64,000 nt of DNA from Moniliella sp. 'wahieum'. Its lineage: Eukaryota. A program made the position numbers and the translations under genes. The DNA lies in contig RSEE01000035.1 in assembly GCA_003971905.1 (NCBI GenBank), positions 496,001 through 560,000 of the forward strand. The letters run 5' to 3'. Shown piece after piece: positions 12,576 to 23,572 of this stretch. A model generated the notes under the pieces. The model did not search any database, was not told the DNA's origin, and saw only the letters and a program-made list of their open reading frames with translations. Position 1 is the first letter of the stretch; every line of letters begins with the position of its first letter.

Positions 12576-13938
12576 GGTGGGTGGGCACGAAAACGATCGT
12601 TGCGAGGCGGGAAGGGGGGCGAGTCAAGGAGAGAAAACAAGCGCCAGAAAGCAGCCAGAGGAAGTGGGGACGCTGGGCTGGCAACAAACACAGGAGGAGC
12701 AAGGGCGGCCAAGGCAACGCAAGCAGCACACACACAGTCCACGACAGGTCCAATCCAGCGCGCGCGGATGGGGCAAGGGGGAGGGCGAGAGGAGGGATAA
12801 GCGCAAGCGCAAGCTCGAGCACAAACGCACGCACACGGGTAAGCACAAGCACACGGGCCAAGAGCAGAGGCGGGCTCAGACAGCCTTTGGCCAGCAGCAG
12901 CAGATGGTGGGAGAATGCCCAGCCGTCGTCTCGCACTCACAACGGGGCCCGCGCACCGGTGGCAGGGGCTGGGCCCAACCCTAGCAGCCCACAGCGGTGC
13001 TGTGGCTATTGGTCACGTGCCTCCCTCCGACATGCCACGTAGGCAGTCGTGACTCCGGGCAACCCTAGCGCGTGCGCAGGGCATGGTGCGTGATATGTGA
13101 TCGGTGATCATCGATCAAGGTGATCCCTGGGGCCTGGGCGGACGTTGGAGGATAACACCACAAAAATGCTCTCATGCTCCCGACGTGGTTCGCTGCTCTT
13201 GTTGCTCCCTCTTGCATGTCCATCGCCACCACCACCAGTCGCAAGCACCAATATATTTCAGCACACCGACGCATGTTCCAGCTCCCCTCACTGCGCACGT
13301 TTGGGCACTTCGAGCGATGGGGCTCTGTGGCATCTCTAAGTTGGTTTATCATCAGCTGAGTACACTCATGCAATCGCATATATAGTTTTCGAAGGCAAGC
13401 CATCGAACCCGGGCCTCTCCACTTTTCACGTGGCTGCGTTAAACAGACGTCAGGTATCCATTCAAGCATAGAAGGCTTGCCCCGAGCGCCCAGTCTAATA
13501 CATGCACCTGTCTTCAGCAAGAAATGACGAGATGGCGTCTCATGATGTCTTGGGCTTGAGACCACATTGAATGTCTGTTCGAAAGCCCCACTATAGATCT
13601 TCATCAATCGTCCTGGCCTGAGATTTTCATCCGTATCTTGCCCACTCTCTTTGAACTCGTTGGTAGACGATAGTCTCCCCCATGCCACTGCCATACCGAG
13701 GTTCGACTTGAGGGTCACACAACGGCCACAATCAATCCATATGCAGAGGAGGAGTGACCAATTCTGTTGCTGGGACAAATACCAGGCCTCACAGGGCCCA
13801 GTTCTCCCGTCAATGCAATACACAGAACCAAGGACAGTACCGCTTGTAACGTGCAATGCCATCAGCCTGCTTCAGCACGACAAAAACAAACAAGTTCATC
13901 GTATATTAACCATCACCTCCGTACGTCTCCGTGGTCGG

Positions 13939-14795
13939 TGTCACGGGCGGGCGCCGCCAGGGGCCCGCCCTGGGGGTTTTGGGGTACAATCCCTTAGGAG
14001 ACGGTAGGTCGACTCACGGTAGTTTCGGGCTTAGGCTGGTTGGTGCGTCCGAGCGGAGCTAGGGACGAGGAGAGGCCTTTGGTGGGGCGGCTGCACGTGT
14101 GGCAAGGCTGCGTCTGCACCGGCTTGGGCCGTAGTAACGTGTCTGAAGCCTCCGGGACTTAGGGACGGGAGGAGGCAGCGGCGGACAAACACTGCCTTGA
14201 CTGTGACTGGGAATCGCCGCGACCAAAGGAGGGCTCGCGCGATTGGACTGACGAAGGGCTGGAGGACGAGGTCGGAGGAGAAGTCGGACGCTAACAAGAG
14301 GAGCTGCCTGTACTGGATCAATTGGCTGGAAACGGGCAGGAGTCGGACAGGATAGGCGGGAGGGTAGACGAGGGGGTTGAGACGAGAAGGACGAGAAGGA
14401 CGAGAATGGAAGGTGGGGGAAAAGATCCCCATCAACCAGGGGTACAGGCAGGATCAAAAGGGAAACGGATACAAGAGGGGGTGTAGAAAGGAAGACACGT
14501 CAAAAGCGGAGTTGGTCGCCGCAGGCGCGACCGAGAAAGGAAAAGGAAACGGGGACGAGGCGGCAGACGCCGCCACGGCATTGGAAGCTCGGTGGCCTTA
14601 TTTAGGCCGGCCGACGTGGACTTGGGCGGGAGGCGACTGTTGTCGCGCTGAGCATGGCCCTTCGGCCACGATACTTAATTTAGCCAACCATCATCACACT
14701 CGGTTGGCCTGCGGAGCACGCTCTACTGGGCATGTGCGGAGCAGGCGGGCCTTAGCTTCGGTCGGACCATCTCGTGTCCGCCGCAGCCCGTGACA
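13939..14795 (-). mobile_element. Complete solo LTR (857 bp) of an LTR retrotransposon
   Basis: TG...CA termini with a perfect 10-bp inverted repeat (TGTCACGGGC / GCCCGTGACA) and a 5-bp target-site duplication GTCGG (13934-13938 and 14796-14800). Homologous to 1-433. Strand is inferred only from a TATA-like CTAAATAAG on the minus strand. Confidence 0.9.
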
Positions 14796-16672
14796 GTCGG
14801 GCCCGAAGACCCAGAGGATTTACATTCTGTACTCAATAATGAGCTTCCCTCAGTCTGATACAGTGGTACTCCTGGGGAATATTAGCTTGCACCCGAAGTG
14901 TACTTCCCCATCCCACGGTCACAGGTGCACACCTTGGTTACGTCCGTGTGGCTTTGGTATACCCCTTCAGCAGTAATGGTATACGACGACCCCTGGTACA
15001 GGCCGGCGTGACTGGAACGGAAATGGCAAGAAGGGAAAGATATGTCCTCAGGTGCGTGGACGACGCGTAGAGCCGCCCTTCCATGCCAGCATCTGAGGTG
15101 TATGCAGACGAAGGTACCGTCAGGCTTGTTTGGCGCCCACGTTACTATGCAAGGTATGGGGGCATTTGGTTGTGAGCACCTCACTCCGAATTGGATACCT
15201 TTTCCCAGCCACAATCATCACTCCTCCCTCTCCTGAGGCTACCGGCAAAGGTCCTGTAGAGGAAGCCAAACCACATCCACACTCTTTGGCCCTGCTGAAC
15301 ATAGTCTCTTGTCTGACTGTGATGAGTTTGTGAGCATTACAACCCCCTCGCGCATGCAAAGAAAACGTAAAGTATAGCACATGGGGGGGTTCACATTTTG
15401 GGCAAGGTTCCAGATGGAAAAGCAGCCAAGAGGCCTTCCATTTATCGATAACCCGGCGCTCTCCATCTTATGGCATGTCACGCACGGAATGCGCTCTAAG
15501 AGACTGTGCCCCGCCTTGCGGCCACCTGAACCTCTAGGTGACGAACCAGTAAGCCACATTTTCCTGTCACTGACGATGCAACGGCGTCCTACGCCCCACT
15601 GAATATGATAGAATGTTAGCCTATATACTGTTGCATGCTTCTGGAACGGAGGATAGCCTGGACGATGGAACGGTGAAACAGCGTCAGAGCGGGGAAAGGG
15701 GTCTATGGAACGGTGAACATGGGGGGAAATATACCCGTGGACCGTCGCCATCCGCACGAGGATGGGCTGGGGCAAAGCCCCAACAGACCGAGTCCAGTAG
15801 ACCCGGTGGTACCCTCTTACCCAATGATATGGGCCTCTGACGGTCATCAGATTGCGCGCCGTCTCATTTGTGAGGGTACGCGCCGAAAGAATCCCTATGT
15901 ATCTAATAGGCAAAACCCGCACGTACGGAAGAGAACCAACTGATGAGAGAAACAAAAACTCACGAAGATTCCATAGTAGTTCCTGTCAACTGTCAAAGTA
16001 TGCACAACTTGCACGTTCTTTCCTCCTTTCACCAGTATTCGCGCGTCTTGCCCTATGTCCTTAAGTTTTCATAACATTTTTGCGTCTGTCAGTGTCTGTT
16101 GACTTTGTGGTCGATATACTACGGTGTAGCGCTCTTGTATCTTTGTTTGGGGGGGAATGTTGATGTCAACGTTGCCAACACTGTCAATTAATATTAATGT
16201 ACTTAAAACCCTTCACATTCACGTGTCGCAGGCGAAGTTCCACCAGAGAAGACTGTGAACTCTAAATCATGACGGCTCCTACACCAGAGCTTGATTGATG
16301 ACATTTGAGTCATTTTCGTTTGTGTCCTGGTCATTTCCCCTGGGATGAGCATTAACGCTTTTAACTGAGTACAACACAACTCTAGACTATACTTCTGCCT
16401 CGCCAGGCTCTATGTTCTGATCTTTTGTTTCTTCTCCACACGAGCGACTTCTCCACTGTGGAGCTTCTCGTCGCCCTCTTGCCTTGTTTGTCCTCGACTG
16501 TGACATGCGACAGCGCATCAGCGCCTCCTAGAGAGGCTTTATGGGAATATCTCAAAAATGTATGCATCAATACCCCTGGTGATCAGGTGGCCTGACGTTT
16601 TGCCTTTTCAAGTGCCTCCGTACTTGGCCACTGCACCACAAGCTGTCACAATAATGCGCGGGTAGCAGAAGA

Positions 16673-16765
16673 CGATGAGATGTCGATTATATGTCGATGA
16701 TATGTCGATGATATGTCGATGATGTCGATTATTATGCCGATTACGAGTATATTATGTCGATGATA
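16673..16765. repeat. Degenerate minisatellite, ~11-bp unit ATGTCGATGAT
   Basis: GATGAGATGTCGATTATATGTCGATGATATGTCGATGATATGTCGATGATGTCGATT... Confidence 0.8.
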
Positions 16766-17671
16766 CAGATGATGTGTTAATGATTGAGGTCATGCTCCCC
16801 GTGAGCTGCATGGACAATCTCTAGAGAGACTTCCCAAAAGCTTCAAGACGGGAGATCAAAGCCACAGAGAGAGAGGGGTCTCAATTCAGATCATTCAGAC
16901 AGGATACTGGGGTCTCGAGGGCGGCTGAGTGCTCAGGCTGAGCATTATGCAGTTGGCTGAGTGCTGTGAGTCTCAGTCCTTAGGAGTCCTTATTAGCCCC
17001 TCGGGCCTCAGACTGGCTCGCTGAGCGCGAGGCGCACCGAGTTTTTCCAGTTGTAGTAACCCTTTTGAAGGCGGAGAGGTGTGGAGCAAGTGGACTGTGC
17101 GGGGTGTTGCCCAACGGGGGTGGGCCTCCAACGGCACGAGGGGTATGTACTTTAGGTGGCTGACAATGCCAGGCTGACGACAGTGGCGCCGGCCTCTGTG
17201 CTGAGGCGCTGAGGGCCTGCTGTGCTGATGCGCGGCGGCACTGCGGCACTGAGGCCTGCCTGCGACGGATGGCTTGGGCCGCGCACAAAGATCGAAACAC
17301 AGAATGTGTTTTGGCCGTCGTCTTATTTGTTGTCAGCATCAGCATCCGACGCGCAATAGCCTCCGTAGCCCATCCTGCTTCCCGTCCGCGCTCAGCGTAG
17401 GCATTGCCGTGCGTGCGGCGCACCCCGACACGCAGAGATGCAGTGGGTACTGAGCACGGAGCATTGCGCGACTCTCTTCCACTCTCGCTGACTCCGCCTC
17501 GGTATCTTCTGTTTCTGTTAATTACCTTTTTGGCCCACATCTAGCCCCTTCCCCGTCTCCGTCTCCTCCTTCGCTCCTCCCTCCTACACTCTCCGCCTCC
17601 TCCCACCCACAGGAGTCGGCACTAAAGAGAACGGGCAACCACATACCTGCTTCTCTGACCTCCCCCACATC

Positions 17672-19066
17672 ATGCACGACCCTCCCACCAACCCCAGCTC
17701 TGTTACCCAGCGCTCTTCCCCGTCCGATGGACAGGACGGCCGCTTCTTCGATGCCCAAGCGTCGCTTTCCAACCCCCAAGTCTCCGAACAGGGAGAGCGG
17801 ATTCGCCCGCTGGATACCGACACATACGCCGACGCTGACGATGGCACTTTGATTGGTTCGGCCAAGACGAGTCAGGTGGGCAAGGGCCCCCGTCCCTCGG
17901 GCGTGAGCAACGCCTCCACAGCTCGAAAGCCTGTGCCGGACTACTCGTTGGGGCACCAACTCTCTCCCCAGTCTGAAGAAGAGGGATGTTCAGAACAAGA
18001 ATCCTCTCAGCCAGGCACCCAAGGCATCCAGTCTGGACTTCACGATGTGGAGAAGGGGACAACCCCCCTTGAGTTCCAACAGGACCAGCCTCGTCGTGGA
18101 GTGCCTCGGCGCCCGATCGAATATGGCCTAAGCCAGCGCCACCTTGCTTGGGGTGCCCCTTTCCCCGACAGTGGCTGCGTTGCTCCCGCCAAGCCTTCTT
18201 GGTGGGACATGTGGCGCATCCCGGGGCCTTTGAGCTTTAGCACGCGCCAGGGATGGTATGTGTTGGTCTTTCACGTCTTCGCCGCCATCATCATTTCCGC
18301 CGCGGCCAACTTTGGCATCGCTTGCGCCATGTACCGTAAGCACTCGGACAATAACGTGACCATGTGGGAGCTCAAGCACAACACTGTTGCCGGCGACACG
18401 GCTGTCACCATCCTGATCCAGGGTACGGTGACCTTTGCCATTACGTCGACCATGGTGCAACACGATCTCACCACTGGTCTCATTGCTCCGTTGCGCCGTC
18501 CTTGGCCGTATTTGTTGCATCTTCCCTCGACACCCCAGCGACATGGCACAAGTGTGCTGGGAACACGTTTGCCCTCTCAAATACCCGAAGGAGCCGAATT
18601 GCCCATGGGCCCCCTAGTCACGCCCGAATCGTCTTCGACCAAGACGTTTTTCCTATGGTTTGTCCGCTTCCTGTTTTGTGGAACGGAGCGTAACGACCTT
18701 CTTGCACCTTCCATTGGGTGGGGCCAACGGTGTGAGCGGCTGATCTGGACGCTGCTGCAAGGCCTTGGGCTTTCGGCTTTGGTTTTCTGGGCCCCGTTTT
18801 GGGGTATCTCCCTGTGCATTATTGCGCCGATTTGGACGCATCACCAGATGGCCCATACTTGGATTGCACCGGCCATCAAGTGCACCTATGGTGGCATCCT
18901 GGCCCTCGTCATCAACCCTTTCTTTTGTCTCGTTGCCATGGGCGCCGAGTCGAACGTTAAGCGGGCATACCCCGAGTTGCAGCTCTGGAAGGAAGATGGG
19001 CTGAACCCGATCAATGCGCTGACCATCCGCAAGGAGCCCGAGGCCAGTGCTGATGCTGAAGAGTAG
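17672..19066 (+). CDS. Uncharacterised fungal multi-pass membrane protein (resembles the DUF2456 family, from memory)
   Basis: Intact 464-aa ORF with a disordered N-terminus. Hydrophobic helices include IISAAANFGIACAMYR, TVAGDTAVTILIQG, FWAPFWGISLCIIAPIW and IKCTYGGILALVINP. Confidence 0.75.
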   Translation: MHDPPTNPSSVTQRSSPSDGQDGRFFDAQASLSNPQVSEQGERIRPLDTDTYADADDGTLIGSAKTSQVGKGPRPSGVSNASTARKPVPDYSLGHQLSPQSEEEGCSEQESSQPGTQGIQSGLHDVEKGTTPLEFQQDQPRRGVPRRPIEYGLSQRHLAWGAPFPDSGCVAPAKPSWWDMWRIPGPLSFSTRQGWYVLVFHVFAAIIISAAANFGIACAMYRKHSDNNVTMWELKHNTVAGDTAVTILIQGTVTFAITSTMVQHDLTTGLIAPLRRPWPYLLHLPSTPQRHGTSVLGTRLPSQIPEGAELPMGPLVTPESSSTKTFFLWFVRFLFCGTERNDLLAPSIGWGQRCERLIWTLLQGLGLSALVFWAPFWGISLCIIAPIWTHHQMAHTWIAPAIKCTYGGILALVINPFFCLVAMGAESNVKRAYPELQLWKEDGLNPINALTIRKEPEASADAEE

Positions 19067-19259
19067 GCATCTTGATATCCCCCCCTTCCCCTCCTTTCCC
19101 TCTCTGTTGAGATCATCACCATCACCTTGACCTCTTCCTCCACATGTCCTATACACGTGCTAAAGAGTAGGTCTTGATATCCCCCCTTTCCCCTCCTTTT
19201 CTTCCTTCTGAGATCATCACCATCGCCTTTTGGCCTCTTCCTCCACATGTCCTATACAC
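19059..19259 (+). repeat. Tandem duplication (19059-19162 and 19163-19259) of stop codon plus 3' UTR
   Basis: Both units begin AAGAGTAGG..TCTTGATATCCCCCC and contain GAGATCATCACCATC and CCTCTTCCTCCACATGTCCTATACAC. Confidence 0.9.
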
Positions 19260-19398
19260 ATATTCACACATGATGCCCCTTGATCGACTACCATACCCTT
19301 GGGTCCTAGTTTGGAGGGGATTCTTATGCCAGCATCTAGCGCACCCCCACCTCTTGTCTACCACGCGAGGGTTTCTGCAGTACATACAATACAGTGCT

Positions 19399-20640
19399 TT
19401 AGGCCATGCGCAACACAAGAATGAAGATGGCAACTTGGGTTGCCAATGTTCCCAACGCAACCCACGCCACCACATTGCCCGCGGTCTTGAAGTGGGACAC
19501 CCCGTGCAGCGCAGGCTGGACCGAATCCCAGGCCAATGCCCGAGCCCGAATTCTGGCCCGGTCCCAACGCAATTGGCGTTGGTAGCGGCGGAATTGCTGC
19601 CGCTCCAGTTCGGCCTGAGAGGGTGGTGCACCAACCTCGGTTGATGGCCCTGCCTCCATCGACGGGGGGAAGAAGGAGAAAGCGGAGGCTGAGCCGTGTT
19701 CTGCGAACGGACGTAGCTGCTCCGATGTCCGGAGTACCAAGGTGCTGTTCACCAATTGGACCGGCAAGTGCAAAACATCTTGAAGGCTGAACCTGCGTCG
19801 GGGGTCGGGTGGATGCAGGAGGGGGTCCGAGAGTTGATTGGCTTCGCTTGCGCGGCGTGGCACGATAGGTCTTGCTCTCTCTTCCTGTCCTGGTAAAAGC
19901 TCAGTTGGACCGCCATCTCGCCCCTCATCATTGGTCCCTTGTTCTTCTTCCTGTTCCTGTTCCAGTTCCTCGGCCTGCTGCTCGCGCTCGCTGTGATTCC
20001 AGGACCGAGGCAAGGCATGGTCCAGCACCGCATGCAACTGGTCAGCCATTGGCTCCCACCACGGCGTCGGTGCGTCGGAACGCGCCATGCGATACACATT
20101 TTCCCGGCCCAGATTCGACCGGTACCATGCTGCGATCGCAAGAAAGACAGCGAGCGCAACGGATGCCACGCCAATATAGTAGAACGAGTGTTGGAACAGT
20201 TTGAGCACCAGCAACGCGTACGAAAGTTCCGCCAGGGCCGAACGCTTGTACGCGCCATCAAACGTACGCTGGTACGCCATCAAGTCCAGCAACACTGCCG
20301 AGCGGTCGGACGCAGCAGCAGTCTCTTGCTTCGATGGAAGCGCAAGCGATTCTCGTCCATGCGGGGTAGCGCTCGAGCTGGGATCGCCGCGCCGCTGGTG
20401 TACCGCAGGCGGGTGCCGAGCGCCCCAGTCGGATGGGGGAAGCGGAGGCCCACCTAGCAAGTGTGGAACGGGAACCCACTGGGGCGGACCAGCAGCCTCG
20501 GCATGGATGTCGGCGGTGGAGCGACGAGAAGGCGGGATGGGGCGTGACGCGGTGGGATCAGTCTCGGGCGGATCAGGCACACTTGGGACACAAGGTGCCT
20601 TGGAGCCGGTCGCTTTTGCGGAGGGCAAGGGTGCGGACAT
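19399..20640 (-). CDS. DUF202-domain membrane protein with a long insertion
   Basis: AYQRTFDGAYKRSALAELSYALLVLKLF..IGVASVALAVFLAIAAWYRS and a C-terminal FKTAGNVVAWVALGTLATQVAIFILVL helix. Intact ORF, ATG at 20640. Confidence 0.75.
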   Translation of the reverse strand: MSAPLPSAKATGSKAPCVPSVPDPPETDPTASRPIPPSRRSTADIHAEAAGPPQWVPVPHLLGGPPLPPSDWGARHPPAVHQRRGDPSSSATPHGRESLALPSKQETAAASDRSAVLLDLMAYQRTFDGAYKRSALAELSYALLVLKLFQHSFYYIGVASVALAVFLAIAAWYRSNLGRENVYRMARSDAPTPWWEPMADQLHAVLDHALPRSWNHSEREQQAEELEQEQEEEQGTNDEGRDGGPTELLPGQEERARPIVPRRASEANQLSDPLLHPPDPRRRFSLQDVLHLPVQLVNSTLVLRTSEQLRPFAEHGSASAFSFFPPSMEAGPSTEVGAPPSQAELERQQFRRYQRQLRWDRARIRARALAWDSVQPALHGVSHFKTAGNVVAWVALGTLATQVAIFILVLRMA

Positions 20641-22924
20641 GGCCCTGACCACGGGTCGAACGAAGGTGGGTGCGCTTCAGGCAGAAATGGAACGGGGAGA
20701 AGGCACTGAGGTCGTCGGCCACGTCGGTGCGCAACGTTGCCGTCTGAGCCGCAGCACCGCCAACTTGCGTTGGCCTCGATGGACTCGATGAACGCCGTAC
20801 GCAGGGCCGGCACGCTGCCCAAGAAGCCATGGCGTGCTGCCAAGTGAGGAGCACCCACTACGTACACCTGCAGCGAAGGGCACCTGCTGACATTTGAAAC
20901 GGAATATTCGCTAGCAGGTAATCAACGTATCAACGTAATCAACGTAATCAACTTTGCATGACGTGCATGACGTCACGCCCGCATCAAGATGGCCGTGATC
21001 GACGCGATCGACTACCGATGGCTGAAAATAGTGAGGACATTCTCTGATCAATCTAATCTCAGGTCCACGAGCCCACCCCCACCATCGATTTGCCACCAGT
21101 GTATCGACGAGCCTTTGTCTTATGTCTGAAGAGGCGAATGTAGCATGTGGGTCTGAGGTTCTCAGAAGGGTGGGGACTGAAGCCGAGGTTACCACAAAGC
21201 AGAGGGAGCGTCCAGGCGGATGCACGAGAGGGCGAAGCCCCGTCAGATCTCATCGAGATCATCAGAGAAAACCATAGACATAGTACTAGTGACACTCAGT
21301 CACTAGTCACTAGTCATGGTGCAGGCGTCGCGTGAATGAGGCATTGCGTCCACGCCTTGTCCAGGACATGATGGGGGGCTTTTGACCTTCTTGTCCACCG
21401 TCGTTTATAGCTCCCTCAAGGAGAGGACAAAGAAAGCAAGAATTGCCCTCATCACCGTATCCTCGTTTTCATAGGATGCCACATAGAATCTTTCTCCGCG
21501 GTGTGCGCAGCGTCTGCCCAGGCCGATAGCACCCACATCACCATCACGGGACGCGATTGCGCGGCTCTCATACCCCATAGCACCCATTCGTACAGAAACA
21601 AGGCGTGGGAGAGGGGGGCAGTGCTTTGTGTGGATGACTTATTCTGCATCAATTTTATGAGAACGGTGCATCGTCGCCAGCATCTTACTGAGGCTCGGTC
21701 CCCCCACCTGCTGGCCCAGGGCGACCGTGGTACCATTGCGGCTCAATTGCTCCCAAGGCACCCGACCTGAGGCATATACCGAGTAGAATGGTGCCGAGAC
21801 CAGCCACGAAAGAAAGAAAAGGAGCGCATGACCACACCTACGAGAACCATGCACTGGTGGGGCGCTGCCCCCATCCCGCAACATGATAGCCGCCCTCAGT
21901 TTCCTCTTACAGCTATGAGCGTGTTTCTTACTTGTTAGCGACCATGATGTGCGGTGCTTGCACAACGTTCAAGTGACTATCTCGTCTTTCTGCGATAACG
22001 CCAACTTCTCCTTGCTGACGTCGTGATCGTGCTGGTCCCTAACAGAAGCGTCATCTTGCCTTATGGATCAAAGAGACTGATGGCCACAATTCTCTCAACG
22101 ATGTTGTGAAGACTTCATATCGCCCATCACCTGATGGTACCCCCGTTGAGTGGCCCTCCCCGCCGACCTTTCAATCGTGCTGCTAATCCAAGCCCCCGGA
22201 CTTTGGGCAGTTCAGTTTGCCTTTGCGGCTCTGAGATCTGACAAACGATTGGTAGGGCCATGCGTCGCTGTTCCTCATCATAGTTTCCCTGCATTGGTAG
22301 CCCCGCTGGACCGGGACGGGACGGAGGGGGCGAGGTGGGCTACGTTTGTCACTATGAGGCCTGAGGTGAGGCGTGCGAGCCGGGTGAAGTGGGCCTGCAC
22401 AGGGTGGGCGAATGCTCATCCTCCTGGTCCCTCCTACCTCGATCCCCCGTTTCTTCCCCTTCATCACCTCCATCTGTCAGCGGGTGAACCGAGGCAAATG
22501 TACATCGAATCAAGTTTCACACGCCAGAACCGAAAGAACAGTTGTGGCCAGTGTTGGTCGCGTGGTATTGGCTAAAGAAAAGAGGGAGAAGTGCGGACAT
22601 GATGACAGAGCGGAGAGGGAGTCGAGCGGGGGGGAGGGGTTCGAAGCAGATGCGATCAACGAGAAAAAAGAAATGGGGAAAAGGCAGGCAAAAAAAAGTA
22701 GAGGGGGAAACAAGTTCGCTGGCCAGGCGACTTGTCCGAGGCGGAGTGGGGGGCCTAGTTCCGATGGTGGGAGTGTCTGGGGTCGTAGGTTGGGTGCGCA
22801 AGGCACGTGAGGGTGAACGGCACCGAGATGGGGGCCTGGAGGGGGAGGGGGAGGGGAGGGGGGAGGGGGGAATGCAGTGGATCAATGAGAGAGGGATAGC
22901 ATATGGCTAGATCACCCTTCGACC

Positions 22925-23572
22925 TCACAGGACAATGCAACAGCCCGAACTTGGCGAGGATTGAATCTGCCCTCGTTTTTCGTTCGCCCGGGTGGCAGCG
23001 GTGGTGACAGGACCTTGTTGGATGTCCTGGTCGCGCACCATGATCGCCGCCCGAGTCGCCGCTTCAAAGACGGCATCAACGCCCTCGTTGTTGAGTGCTG
23101 ATGTTTCTAGGTAAACTTTGGATCCAATCGTCTTGGCCATCTCCTGCCCCTGCTTTTTCGTCACACAGCTTTCGGGCGAGGGGGACTGGTCGCGCAAGTC
23201 GCGCTTGCATCCGACGAGGATGAGGGGATGCGTTGGCCGCAAATTTGACGCACCTCGTCATTCCACTTGTACCGCACATTCTCCAGGCTGTCGGGCGTAT
23301 CGAGCGCAAATGCAATCAGAATGACGTGCGCATGCGAGTAGCTCAACGGACGCAACGTTCATACTCTTCTTGCCCCGCCGTGTCCCAGAGGGCGAGGAGG
23401 ATGGGTTTGCCATCCAGACGGATCTCTGCAACATAGTTCTCGAAGATCGTGGGCTGATACTGGTGCGGAAACTCGCCCAGGGCAAAGACACACAGCAACG
23501 ACGTCTTGCCGCACGCGCCATCGCCAACGATGACCAGCTTGCGGCGGCGGATCGCAGCGGCGAGGGTGGCAT
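22925..23572 (-). CDS. RHO2: Rho-family small GTPase, Rho2-type; frameshifts
   Basis: [97 protein letters not shown]-terminal CCIVL (CAAX). Confidence 0.92.

Noticed and set aside
13065..13862. 265-aa minus-strand ORF
   Set aside because: Composition is not convincingly protein-like (many W/C) and no motif is recognisable. It may be a relic but I cannot support a call.
15940..15970. CTGATGAG cores (also at 2365) as hammerhead ribozymes
   Set aside because: No correctly placed stem II-GAAA and no stems I/III.
21280..21316. Short repeat arrays considered as CRISPR-like or restriction-site cassettes (SpeI, HindIII, ClaI, BglII, MluI sites)
   Set aside because: Eukaryotic context, no 25-40-bp repeat/spacer structure, no cas genes and no vector backbone. 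The sites are simply A-palindrome-T cores of the heptamer pattern.
22841..22870. G-run tract as a functional G-quadruplex
   Set aside because: It is the complement of an ordinary C/T-rich 3' UTR tract of RHO2, and similar tracts flank most genes here.
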